Origin: Azolla caroliniana
Lineage: Eukaryota > Plantae > Polypodiophyta
NCBI GenBank assembly: GCA_043228905.1
Contig: JBHGNT010000006.1
Coordinates: forward strand, 19,530,001 to 19,594,000
DNA: 64,000 bases
Direction: 5' to 3'
The notes under the pieces were generated by a model that saw only the letters and a program-made list of their open reading frames with translations, had not been told where the DNA came from and did no database searches. Below are positions 51,699 through 63,566 of the stretch, in pieces (the first letter of the stretch is position 1; each line of letters begins with the position of its first letter). The position numbers were made by a program, and so were the translations under genes.

Positions 51699-51982
51699 TA
51701 CGCAAAGTAAAGTATATTAACAAAGGAGAAAGACTCAACATAATACAAGGTGGGAGGAGGGTGCTTTATATAGTCACCCTCTCTCTTCATTAACTACAAG
51801 ACTCATGGAGCATGGGGAATGTGAAAGCTCATAAGCTATGTGTCATAGAATATGATTCTATGACTCATACTAAATGCTAGAATACAAAGTGGTGACATAA
51901 TGGTGACTCTTGACCGTTGGAGTGTCTATTCACTCTCAAGGTGAGTTCACACACTAGACCAAGTTGAGCTTGATTCTCAACA
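51699..51982 (-). mobile_element. Inverted truncated copia B LTR forming an inverted repeat with 51380-51663
   Basis: Reverse complement of the first 284 bp of the B LTR; ends ...GATTCTCAACA; no adjacent PPT. Confidence 0.92.
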
Positions 51983-52885
51983 AGCTTTAATGGAAAGCTT
52001 CTTATTTAAGTACAATGTGTTTCTCTCTCTAAGAGATTACAATGGCCTGCTCGTCGTCTTCTTCCTGGTCAAAATTTACAATGTTAGGTATTCGCTTATA
52101 TACTATGCCCTAACTTATTAACGAGTTTACACTTGGACAGATACAACTTGGAAGGAGTTGGCCTTTTATGTCAACAAACTCCCCCGTAAAAGGACTACTC
52201 TTTCTTGCATGTACAAGTGCTTGGGGTTATCTCCCCCGTAAACCTAGATTACAAATTTAACTAGATCTTATGTTACAAGTTTGTCGGCAAGTAGCTAAGT
52301 CAACAGAGGTATAGTATGAATGTCGATCACCTCTTACCTTTTTCTCCTGTTCGGCTTTCTTCAGCTTGGTTGCTTGTCGTAGCCCCATCTTTGTCCTTAG
52401 CGTTGTCGTGAAGATCCGTCACTATGCGCGGATCGTGAGGCGGAACCGCCGGGGTTCTGGACCGGAAGGACTCAAAGTACGCACTAGCTTTAGCGAGAAA
52501 GGATTTAAGATAGATTGGGGGGGAGAGAGATTGAAATAAGATAGAACGCTTGACTTTAGATTGAGAGAGAGATTAAGATTGAACTCTTGATTTTAGATTT
52601 GAAGAACAAGATTAATATATCAATTGGATAACGAATTTTCTTCTTAATATTAATTTTGATATAAAGTACAAAGCTCTTGATAAAAATCCCCTTTCATCTT
52701 TTTCCTCTCCTCTTTTATAAATGCCCTTATGCATTTAGGGGTACAAGACATGCATAAAATGCATGTTTGCCATTTGGCGCTCATGTATTACATGTGGTGC
52801 ATGATAACCATGTCACTCATTTTAGCTCTCATGTATGAGAATTTATATGTAAAGTTATAATGATAAAAATATAAATCCAAGAAAA

Positions 52886-52950
52886 TGTGCTGGGTTAGTG
52901 GTAAGCTTATTGACTCTCAACTTGGAGGTGCAAGGTTCAAATCCTTGCTT
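52886..52950 (+). promoter_or_regulatory. tRNA-like Pol III A-box/B-box cassette within LTR (also at ~59245-59310)
   Basis: TGGGTTAGTGGTAAG ... GCAAGG-TTCAAAT-CCTTGC, a perfect T-arm-like hairpin. Confidence 0.55.
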
Positions 52951-53435
52951 TCCCTCCTTGTGTATATGTATAAATATTTATTTATATAGCCGCCGGTTGC
53001 TGTATGTTGGTTAGCGTTCTGTCGCCGGTCGCCGAATGTCGTTTACCGTCCGGTTATTTTGTCGTTTGCCACCGGCTCACCAGTTCCGTCGCCGGTCTGG
53101 TTTTGGTTGGCCAAAACCTTTGCAAGTACCCAAGCCAAACCCATTTATCCAATAACTTAGTTCAAGTCACCTTGAACTCTCTATGCTCCACACATAAACA
53201 CAAAGATAATAGGTTTTGCTCTACTTTATATATGGTGAGATCCTTACTTCCTGTCTATGTGGGATATTTCACAGTTTTATTTTTCTCTTTTTCTTATGCA
53301 AATCTTTATACCCTCATAACTTGATACTTAGATGTCCGTTGTCGTAGTGTATTTTGTACACTACGTGAAAAACTTATAAAGTACCAATTTAATAAATATG
53401 AATAAATAGTAGAAAATATTAAAATTTATATAACA

Positions 53436-53503
53436 TGCATAGGGCAAGATTCGAACCTTGCACCTCCATGTTAATAATGTAATGTCTTACCATTACACTA
53501 GCA
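53436..53503 (-). promoter_or_regulatory. tRNA-like Pol III A-box/B-box cassette within LTR (also at ~55904-55971)
   Basis: Reverse complement: GCTAGTGTAATGGTAAG...CATGGAGGTGCAAGGTTCGAATCTTGC. Confidence 0.55.
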
Positions 53504-54085
53504 TTTCATTTGTGTTTAAAAATAGATGTTCCACATAGAAAGCTTAGTTCACCTAGGATAAACTTTAGTTAAAAGAAAACGCATGCTAAAAGAAAAAGCT
53601 ACACATGCACATCTAGCGTGCATGAACGCTATAGTTGATAAAAAAAAACGCACAAGTTAGAAAAAGCATGATCACTTTAGATAAAGCATATAGTCTATCT
53701 ATAGGAAAAGCATGGGGTCTATAGTTAGAGAAAAAGCATGGATTACTAAGACTTCCTCATCACTACATAAGGATGGGAAGCACAATGTAATTGTGTGTGA
53801 AAAATATTTGGGAAATTGGATATATTTCCTAAAACACCAATTAATAAAATATACTCGTGGGATTCACGAAGTTTAAGATAATCTATCTCTTTCAATCTAA
53901 ATTCATATTCTTACATAAATATTGATTAATGTAATACTTGTGGGATTCACAAGATTAGCCTCATCTCATATTCTTCTTTTTCCTAGTCCAAAACCTCGGT
54001 GGTTCCCACCCGACTCACGCAACGATCCGGAGCCGAAAGGCACGACACAGTTGGTGAACCCGACGTGAAGGCGGGTGGCAAGGAG

Positions 54086-55873
54086 ATGGAGAATCAACAA
54101 GAGGCGATGAACATGATGATGATGATGTTCGAGAGAATGCTACAAGAACAACGCGAGATGTCGGAGATCACGACAGTAGTACAACGGCTCGTGCAACAGA
54201 ACGGGCAATTCGATGGAAAGGACGTGTCACGCTATCTACGTGACTACAAAATGGAGATGTTGCGATATGGTATCTCAGAAAGATTGCAAGTGTTATCTTT
54301 CAACCGGGTGGCTACGGATGAGCTTCAAGAGAGAATCCACGAGATACGGCAACAAAGCCCGATGTGGGAGTCCTTTGAAGAAGCTATACGAGACACATAT
54401 GACTATCTAAGACCGAAGCGGACGAGGACATGGTCCACGAACGGCGGTCAACAGTGGGTGAAAAGCGGCCACCGACTACCACCGAAGGAGAGCTTGATGT
54501 GGAAGGGTTCGGAGATGCATGAAAAGTCGCAAGTCGACATTGAAGGGGAGCTTAAAACCGAACCAAAGTCGAGGCCAACAAAGGACGAGGAGGAGGAAGA
54601 TCGAGGACGAAAGGGTATCCCCACACCGGTTCCAAAGACTTCGGCGGTTGTGCCCGTGCACCAACGTGAGACCGGAGAGACGGAATGTGTCGGCGGAAAA
54701 GTGGAGGACCGGAAGGGCAACGAGGAAGACAAAGTAAATGAGCACGAACGAAGGGATTCCTTCACCATTGTTTCGGAGACTTCGGTACTCGAGCCCGGGT
54801 GTCGACATAACACCGAAGATAAGGAAAGTGGCGGCAACGAAACGAAGGTCGAAGCCGATGCATACAAAGGAGAGATAGCCAAGGAGAACATGGCTATGGG
54901 TGAAACAACGGAAGATGATAATACCGAGGATTCCTACCCACTAATTCTAGAGACTTCGGCGGTTGTGTCCGAGAACCAACGTGAGACCGGAGAGACGGGA
55001 GGTGGCAACAAGGAAGGTAAAGTCGGAAGCCGGTTCGGATGGAAGATGATCCGTCTGAAATTCCGATGTAAACAAAAGCATGACAACGCGAAGGTCGGGT
55101 CTACGATGGGAGAAGCATGTAATACGGAGCACGCACTACAGCACCAAAAGAAGCACGTGCTACGGCGTAAAAAGAAGCACGCGCTACGGTGCAAAAATAA
55201 GCATGCACTACGGGGTAATACGACGCATGCACTACGATGGAATACGAAGCATGCACTACGGCCTAATACGACGCATGCGCAACATCGAGAAATAAAGCAT
55301 GCATTAAAGCCGCACAAGGACCTAACAGCGAGCGCGTATTCGGAGGTCGACATCGACGCGTGGGTAGAACCTACGGAAGACAAGCGCGGAGTGGAGAGAG
55401 ACAACACACCGAGATGCTCAAGAGTACTACAAGGGACCATGACAACCACTCATGGCAATGCAAAGAATGAACGAAGATTATGGTGGATCGGATGGCGACA
55501 ATGGTTCGGGTGGAAAGATTGGATGTGCTCAAAATGGAGAGACAAAGCCGACATAGCAAGAGAAACGGAGGGTACTACAAGTAAAGATGAATTACGAGGG
55601 CCGGTAATTGGAGACTGGATAGAGCCTGCAACCGAACAAAACTGGAAACCGGGCGAAGTCGACAACCAAAAACGGGAGACCGAATGGGGCCGACAACCAA
55701 AAATGACCAGCGACGAAACCAACCATGCGGAGAATGGACGGACGAGACTAACAATCACCGACAACTTCGGCACATACCGGAGGATGTGCGGGTTCGGAGG
55801 GGGCGAGTGTCGTAGTGTATTTTGTACACTACGTGAAAAACTTATAAAGTACCAATTTAATAAATATGAATAA
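54086..55873 (+). CDS. Gag-derived protein (~595 aa) with acidic and basic tandem repeats
   Basis: First ATG after the PBS; N-terminus QNGQFDGKDVSRYLRDY is gypsy Gag-like; ORF is uninterrupted and ends inside the 3' LTR. Confidence 0.7.
   Translation: MENQQEAMNMMMMMFERMLQEQREMSEITTVVQRLVQQNGQFDGKDVSRYLRDYKMEMLRYGISERLQVLSFNRVATDELQERIHEIRQQSPMWESFEEAIRDTYDYLRPKRTRTWSTNGGQQWVKSGHRLPPKESLMWKGSEMHEKSQVDIEGELKTEPKSRPTKDEEEEDRGRKGIPTPVPKTSAVVPVHQRETGETECVGGKVEDRKGNEEDKVNEHERRDSFTIVSETSVLEPGCRHNTEDKESGGNETKVEADAYKGEIAKENMAMGETTEDDNTEDSYPLILETSAVVSENQRETGETGGGNKEGKVGSRFGWKMIRLKFRCKQKHDNAKVGSTMGEACNTEHALQHQKKHVLRRKKKHALRCKNKHALRGNTTHALRWNTKHALRPNTTHAQHREIKHALKPHKDLTASAYSEVDIDAWVEPTEDKRGVERDNTPRCSRVLQGTMTTTHGNAKNERRLWWIGWRQWFGWKDWMCSKWRDKADIARETEGTTSKDELRGPVIGDWIEPATEQNWKPGEVDNQKRETEWGRQPKMTSDETNHAENGRTRLTITDNFGTYRRMCGFGGGECRSVFCTLREKLIKYQFNKYE
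55124..55315 (+). repeat. 24-bp coding tandem repeat, 8 copies (xKHALRxx)
   Basis: TEHALQHQ KKHVLRRK KKHALRCK NKHALRGN TTHALRWN TKHALRPN TTHAQHRE IKHALKPH. Confidence 0.9.
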
Positions 55874-56839
55874 ATAGTAGAAAATATTAAAATTTATATA
55901 ACATGCATAGGGCAAGATTCGAACCTTGCACCTCCATGTTAATAATGTAATGTCTTACCATTACACTAGCATTTCATTTGTGTTTAAAAATAGATGTTCC
56001 ACATAGAAAGCTTAGTTCACCTAGGATAAACTTTAGTTAAAAGAAAACGCATGCTAAAAGAAAAAGCTACACATGCACATCTAGCGTGCATGAACGCTAT
56101 AGTTGATAAAAAAAAACGCACAAGTTAGAAAAAGCATGATCACTTTAGATAAAGCATATAGTCTATCTATAGGAAAAGCATGGGGTCTATAGTTAGAGAA
56201 AAAGCATGGATTACTAAGACTTCCTCATCACTACATAAGGATGGGAAGCACAATGTAATTGTGTGTGAAAAATATTTGGGAAATTGGATATATTTCCTAA
56301 AACACCAATTAATAAAATATACTCGTGGGATTCACGAAGTTTAAGATAATCTATCTCTTTCAATCTAAATTCATATTCTTACATAAATATTGATTAATGT
56401 AATACTTGTGGGATTCACAAGATTAGCCTCATCTCATATTCTTCTTTTTCCTAGTCCAAAACCTCGGTGGTTCCCACCCGACTCACGCAACGATCCGGAG
56501 CCGAAAGGCACGACACCGTTTCTTATGTAGTAAAAAGCATTTGAAAGCTCTTGAAGACCTCCATCTTCCCGTACCAAGATATTAAGCTAATCTAAAATAG
56601 TATCTTCACTATTATTGTTTTATATTATTCATACTCGATTTCATATGTTTTATGCGATTTTCACACCATTGTCGAAAATGTTCACGACATCCACTCCCAC
56701 CAAATCACACGTCCTTCGGTACGTGCCAAGAAGAGAGAATGTGAGATTTCGGCAATGATGATCAGCATGACTCCTCAACGTCGAGCATGTCTATTTCTTT
56801 GTAGTCGAATCATTTTTGCCACCCAATCCACCATATCAT

Positions 56840-58696
56840 TCATTTTTTCTTTACTTTACCATGACTTATTGTCATGGCCCCTTGCTCTCTTCTTGAGGAT
56901 AATCGTTTAAGTCTCATGAATGTTCCACCTTTGTCTCGATCGTCTCCTTGCTCAAGGCACTTTGACTCGTTCACAGTAGTGTCTTTGATAGATGTTTTGA
57001 TCACATCCTTCGGATCCTCATGGCTTGCTTGGCCATCGCCATCCAGGCTTGTCATATTTTTCTCAAACTCTTTATTGCACATATCAACTTTAACCCTTGC
57101 TTCTTCCCATCACTATCCTTCTCTTGGGTCTTACATCGGTTAATGCCCAAGTCTCTAGAACGAGTGTGGAGGGACCCATACATTTCCATCGTTCGCCTTT
57201 TTCGTGCTTCACTTAGCCATTTTCATCTTAAAGTTGCTCGAATTAGCATTAACCTTTGCTTCCTCGCTGCTGTTGCTCGAATCAGTATTGACCTTTGCTT
57301 CCTCGCCGCCAGCTTCCATCTCTTGGGTCTTACATCGGTTAACGCCGAAGTCTCTAGAACTATTACGGGGAAAGGCTCTTCATGGCCATTCACCATCTTT
57401 GCCTTGACGTCATTTTCCATAACTATTCCTTCAAACTCATGGGCCTCGTACCCATCGATCCTTTTTATTGAGCAATCCTTTATTATGCTCCTCTCTTCGC
57501 CACATGTATTAGTTTCGACCTTCGGTTCTTCGCCATCACTTCCCGTCTCTTGGGTCTTACATCGGTTCTCAGACGCAATTGCCCAAGTCTCTGGAACAAG
57601 TGTGGAGAAAATTTGGTCGTCGTCATTGGCTGTGTTATCTTGGTCCTTCTCTTCCTTTTTGCCACCATCTGTCTCTTGGGTCTCATGTTGGTTCTCGGGC
57701 GCAACTGCCCAAGTCTCTAAATGAAGTGTTAGGAAAGTCTCCACATGACCATCCGCCATCGGCTTGTTCATAGCCATCTCCGACTTGATGTCGTTTTTCG
57801 TGGCGATCTCTTCAATCTCATGGGCCTCGCACCCATTGAACCTCTTGATCGAGCAAGCTTCGATTATCCTTCTCTCTTCATTGCATATATTCTTTTCGAC
57901 CTTCGGCTCCTCACCAACACCTTCCGTCTCTTGGGTCTCACATTGGTTCTTTGATGCAACTACCCAAGTCTCTGGAGCATGTGTGGAGAAAATCCGGCCA
58001 TGGTCATTGTCGACGCTTGTTATCTTGTTTAAAGTCACCTCCTCAATGTCATCTTTAGCGGCTAGATCGATGACGCATGTCGATCTTGTTGCATGCTTGC
58101 TTCACTGCAACCCAGTCCACCACAAGCCCGTTTGCTTGGGTATCATCTTCGAGGAGAGTCCCCAACTCTCATCTATCCTTCATGTCCACGGCTTTCAAGA
58201 AGTACAAAGTCTTGTCCTCCTCAAGCAGCATTTGGTCTGTGTTAGGGAGATGACTAAACATTTGGTCGAACTCGTCGTACACCCTCGAGGCGCTCATCTT
58301 CTTATTTTTCTTTTCTATCCACTTCATCAAAGCATGTCAAGTCATCCTCAACAAATCTTCTGTTGCGAACTCTGCTAGTATCGCTTTCTCGAACCCGGAC
58401 CATGTTGTCTTCCCTTCTTGAAGCTCGATGATGCGCCTTTGGACATTGTTGGTGACCACTCTCTTGAAACTTGCGATTTGACGTGCTTCGGACACGTCCC
58501 TCTGATTCATCTCCCTTCTGTATGCATCAAGGAACTCCATAATGTTCCTTTTGTCAAATTGACCCTCGAGCTCAATGACATGGTCGACGGCCTTTCCCAC
58601 GCTCGCATCGTTGTCTCGAGATCTCATCATTTGTTCGACGATCAACATCATCTTTTCGAACTCTCCCGCTTGATTGCTTGAGGACGCCATCTCCAA
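56840..58696 (-). pseudogene. Disrupted Gag-derived ORF with acidic repeats
   Basis: ORFs 58337-58696, 57223-58038 and 56840-57082; repeats ETWAVAPENQHETQETDGG. Confidence 0.7.
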
Positions 58697-60296
58697 GTAT
58701 CAGTCGATCCTCAATTTAATCCTTCCTACCGCCTCTTTCACGTCGGGTTCACCACTTAATTATGTCGTGAAAATCCGTTACTATGCACGAATCGTGAGGC
58801 GGAACCGCCAGGGTTTTGGACTGGAAGGACTTGAAGTACACACTAGCTTTAGCGAGAAAGGATTTAAGATAGATTGGGGGAGAGAGAGATTGAAATAAGA
58901 TAGAACACTTGACTTTAGATTGAGAGAGAGACTAAGATTGAACTCTTGATTTTAGATTTGAAGAAAAAGATTAATACATCAATTGGATAACGAATTTTCT
59001 TCTTAATATTAATTTTGATATAAAGTACAAAGTTCTTGATAACAATCCCCTTTCATCTTTTTCCTCTCCTCTTTTATAGATGCCCTCATGCATTTGGGGG
59101 TACAAGACATGCATAAAATGCATGTTTGCCATTTGGCGCTCATGTATTACATGTGGTGCATGATAACCATGTCACTCATTTTAGCTCTCATGTATGAGAA
59201 TTTACATGTAAAGTTATGATGATAAACATATAATTCCAAGAAAATGTGTTAGGTTAGTGGTAAGCTTATTGACTCTCAACTTGGAGGTGCAAGGTTCAAA
59301 TCCTTACTTTCCCTCCTTGTATATATCTTTCCCTCCTTGTATATATGTATAAATATTTATTTATTTATTTACCTAGCCGCTGGATGTCGGTTGCCGGATG
59401 GTCGCCAGATCCCGGTTCCGTCGCCGGTTGCTGGTTGCCGGATGTCGGTTATCGTCCGGTCGCCGGATCCCGGTTCCGTTGTCAGATGCCGATTACTGTC
59501 TGGTTCTGCCGCTGGACGCCGGTTACGTTGCCCGTCGCCGGTCCGGTTTTGGTTGGCCAAAACCTTTGCAAGTAGCCAAGTCACACCTATTCATCCAATA
59601 GCTTAGTTCAAGTCACCTTGAACTCTCTATGCTCTACACATAGACACAAAGATAATAGCTTTTGCTCTACCTTATATATGGTGAGATCCTTATTTTCTAT
59701 CTATGTGGGATATTTCATAGTTTTATTTTTCTCTTTTTCTTTTGCAAAACTTTATACCCACATAACTTGACACTTAGATGTCTGTTTCTTATGTAGTAAA
59801 AAGCATTTGAAAGCTCTTGAAGACCTCCATCTTCTCGTACCAAGATATTAAGATAATCTAAAATAATATCTTCACTAATATTGTTTTATATTATTCATAC
59901 TCAATTTCGTATGTTTTATGCGATTTTCACACCATTGCCGAAAATCTTCACGATAGCGTTTTGAAGTGTTGATCTGGGAGTGACTTCGTCAGGCAATCGA
60001 TGATGTTCACCTTGGTGTCGATCTTCTAGACTTCGAGTTTCTTCTCGGTCACGAGCTCCTAGATATGATGATATCGCACCTCAATGTGCTTTGTCTTCGC
60101 ATGGTAGAAGAGATTTATGATGAGGTGTATTGCACTCTATGAGTCGCAATAGATGGTCAGTACTGGTTGGTCTATTTGGTTTGCAGTTCCGAAATCGGCA
60201 GACAATCCGTGCAGCCAGATCGCTTCCTTCGTTGCTTCCGACGTTGCTATGTACTCGGCTTCTGTGGTAGACAGAGCCGTGCACTCTGGAAGTTAC

Positions 60297-63200
60297 TATT
60301 ACCGGCCGGCAAAGGAGTCCAGAGTGGGAAACAGAGAGTTATTTAAGTAGTAGGAATGTGGTTGTAATTAAGCTATGAGTGTGGACGGATGGACCGGAAT
60401 CGGTATGCTGTTCCGGATCCGGACCGATCCCGAACAGGTGCGGATGGCACCGTTTTGTAATACAGACCGGAAACTTATTTAAAGGCCCGGATACAATGTA
60501 ATGAATAGCGGTTAATTAATAAAAGCTTAGCGTTGTTATCTCTCTGTGTTAATTGTCGTTCTGTCTTAATTGTTATATCTTACGCGTGTGATTATGAAAG
60601 ACGATCATGCTAAGTAACTTAATTAAGTCGGAGTAAGCGTTGAGTCTAATCCGGTTGCCGTAACACCCTTTGGTGAAGTGTCTTCCGTAGACACCCTGTG
60701 TTAGGCCATTGTCCGGCCCTAAGAGTTAACACAATTTTTGGCGACCACGATTCCTGTTTTTGTAGCGAACGACAGCATGGATGGATGTCTAGATCAACGC
60801 ACGACCTGGTTACAGATCGAACTCGACGCCTTGCCGAAAGGCAAAGGAGACGTGAGGCTTTCCAGCAAGCGGCGCAGGAAATTAGAGCGGATCGCTCATT
60901 TTCCAACGTAATCCCGAGAGTAGCGGAGGACTCCCTCTGGTTACAGCAAACATCGCACCCGGACGACGGCAGCAGCCTAAGCAGCCTCCGGGAAACCGAA
61001 TCCCTTCTCCACGCGTTGGCAAACGGAGAAGGCGAAGCAGAAGCCTTTTCAGCATATGAATCAGACTCCGAAGGGGAATACAGCGTGCACACGAACTACC
61101 GTAGCAGCAACGAAACCCCGGGTGGACCGGAGGACGAAGGATTGGATACCTTACCGACACCGGAACCGGAAGTGCTAACGCTGGAACCCCCGGAACCAGC
61201 AGAGGAAGAGCGACCTTCGACACCGGAAGTCGAAGAGGAGAGGCTTCCGTCACCAAAAGAAGAGGAAAAACCACCGACACCGGAAACAAATCGGGAAAGA
61301 CCACCGACGCCAGAGAAAATTCCGGAACGAGCACCAACACTGCCAGCCCGCACACCGATACCGGACGATGACATGCCGTTCCAGTACTCCAAGTATAGAG
61401 ATGATCCGGACGTGGAAGCTCATGTGCACGCCTTTGAACAGACATGGGAAGCTAACCATGTGTCCCAGCGATTGACCCCGGAGGAAGAAGAACGCTCTAA
61501 GATAGCGGATTTTGGCGTCACATTGGAAGGACCGGCAGCAAGATGGCGCCGGACGCAGGACCCGTCTACCATCAACACCTTTGCAGATTTAAAAGCTAAA
61601 TTCTTGCATTTTTTTCAAAAGGAGGTGGACCAGACCGTAATGGTAGGCTTATTTTATACCATCCGACAGGAGGCAGGGGAGAGCATTCCACAATTTGTCA
61701 TCCGGTTTCAACGGATGCATAGTCAGCTTGCCCGCGCACCCCCGGAGGAGGAATTACGGACTATATTCCTAAACACGCTCCGGGAACCCCTACGCACGGT
61801 TTGCATGGTAATTGACTTCCACACAAGTACCATCGACCAGGTCATTGACCGGGTGAGAGAGATGGAAAAGACAAGTTCCTGGCTTACACTAGGAGCACTC
61901 CAACGAGCGTTACCGTCCGATGAAGACCTCCGGTTTCGGCAAGCAATACAGTGCACAACCTGCTTGAATTCCGGACACTCGGCTCTAGAATGCACTATGA
62001 GGATGCAATGTGTAATCTGTCAATCCAAGAGCCATACGACGGATAGGTGCGAGTATAATTTGTTGAACTGGCAAGCACCGCCCGTCCGACAAATTGAGCC
62101 ACACAGCAGCCGGGATGAAGAAGACGAACGCTGGCGGCGAATGGACCGCGACCGACCGGCACAGGATGTCCGGTATAGCGATCGACGGGAGAATGATGTC
62201 CGGTACGGTGATCGACGGGATAACTATGACCGGCATGATCGGTACCGGGATTACAATAGCAGATACGAACATTACGACCGGGAGCACTCCCCCGAGTATC
62301 GTCAGCAACGGGAGGAATACGGCAGATATAACGGGCAACCCCGTCAAGAGTACCGCAATAAGAAGGGCTATAACAAAAAACGGCATTTTAAAAAAGGCGG
62401 CTACCCCCGGGATCCGGAACAAGGAGCTCCAAGCAGCTAACCGGTCCAAAACCCCGCGCGTACCGCAGGACCTGCCTCGGGTACAACAGACAATCCCGAA
62501 TCTAGCAATACTCGGAAAGCCTACTACTACTACTGCCGACAGGAAGGCCATTATAGTAACCAATGCCCGGTGAAGAGCTATGAAAAACGACCGGCGGTAA
62601 ATATGGTAGTCCCTGAGGTGGCAGATCTGCAGCAGGTGACCACAAGGTCGAAGGGCATGGCCAAGGAATGGGAGACGCAGGAGACCATCCAGAAACAAGC
62701 AACAGAATGGGTAAAGAAAGCAAACTAGCAGAATGTCACAAACTTACAGCGGCAAAAGGAGAACACCGGAGGGCTTGCCGGTGGTAGTCACTCCGAGAAC
62801 GACACATGGCAGGCATTGCAAGAATGCCAGATTACGTTGCCACTAGGAAGACTCCTACAACTCGTGCCAAGATTCACGGAAGGACTGAAGACGGCCATGA
62901 CGGCAGGAGAACCATCACCGGCACCGGTACTCTTCTTGAATCCGGAGGAGGGACCAACGGTGGTGGACACCAGTAGTCCGGTAATCACGGCCATTGTAAA
63001 AGGGAAAGAACTCCCCGACATAGTTATAGACGGAGGCTCTGGGGTGAATGTAATAAGCCTCCGGACGTGTGATGCCCTAGGAATCCATGAGTGGGAGCCG
63101 TGTCCGTTCTGGTTGCAGATGGTCGATACAAGCTTAGTGCGGCCAATAGGATTAATACGGAAATTAGAAGTCACCGTCGGCGGTCATACATTTCACATCT

Positions 63201-63560
63201 CGGCAGTAGTACTACAATTACAGGCACAAGGCGCATACCCGCTATTGCTGGGGCAGCCATGGTTGAAAACGGCACATATCAAACAGAATTGGAGGAAAAA
63301 TATAATTACCTTCCGGCGAGGAAAAGCCAAGGTACGGGTACCAACACAACCAAGGACGAGCATTGGCAAGGAATGTACACCGTTGTATGCGGAATGCGTC
63401 AACATGCTAGAAGGGTTAGCTGACGAAGAAGAAGCTCAGTACTTGCAGGAAAACCCGAAAATCATACCCCTCTTCGAGATTGACATTGCCGAAGCAGTAG
63501 CACCATACTTACCGCAACCGAAAGAGGCTGAAGCAGAACCGGATAAAGACGCAATCCGGT
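60297..63560 (+). mobile_element. Ty3/gypsy 5' half: LTR ~60297-60731, PBS, gag, protease; 3'-truncated
   Basis: LTR T(A)TTA...TAACA; PBS TGGCGACCACG at 60739. Gag with DVEAHVHAFE, LEGPAARW and two zinc knuckles; aspartic protease IVIDGGSGVNVI (62816-63613). Confidence 0.85.
60786..62440 (+). CDS. Gypsy Gag (Pro/Glu-rich N-terminus, retrotransposon gag core, CCHC knuckles)
   Basis: Within the 580-aa ORF 60698-62440; CTTCLNSGHSALEC and CVICQSKSHTTDRC. Start codon uncertain. Confidence 0.7.
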
Positions 63561-63566
63561 TCGAGA

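Larger units (their letters stand above)
53340..56515 (+). mobile_element. Very young non-autonomous gypsy-type LTR element, 708-bp LTRs (53340-54047, 55808-56515)
   Basis: LTRs look identical by eye; TSD CCGT; tRNA-Trp PBS at 54052-54069; PPT GGAGGGGGCGAG; single ORF. Confidence 0.95.
52404..59955 (-). mobile_element. Non-autonomous gypsy-type LTR element: 5' LTR 58763-59955, 3' LTR 52404-53339 + 56516-56689
   Basis: TSD GCGT; PBS TGGTGAACCCGACGTGAA (complement of plant tRNA-Trp 3' end) at ~58737-58754; PPT at ~56690-56706. Gag-like GQFDKRNIMEFLDAY plus a repeat tail; no pol. Confidence 0.9.
51983..60296 (-). mobile_element. Degenerate copia (family E) 3' end split by gypsy insertions (pieces 51983-52403 and 59956-60296)
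   Basis: Reverse complement of 59960-60290 encodes CTALSTTEAEY...YHAKTKHIEVRYH. PPT GGGGGAG and an LTR boundary near 52177. Confidence 0.65.
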
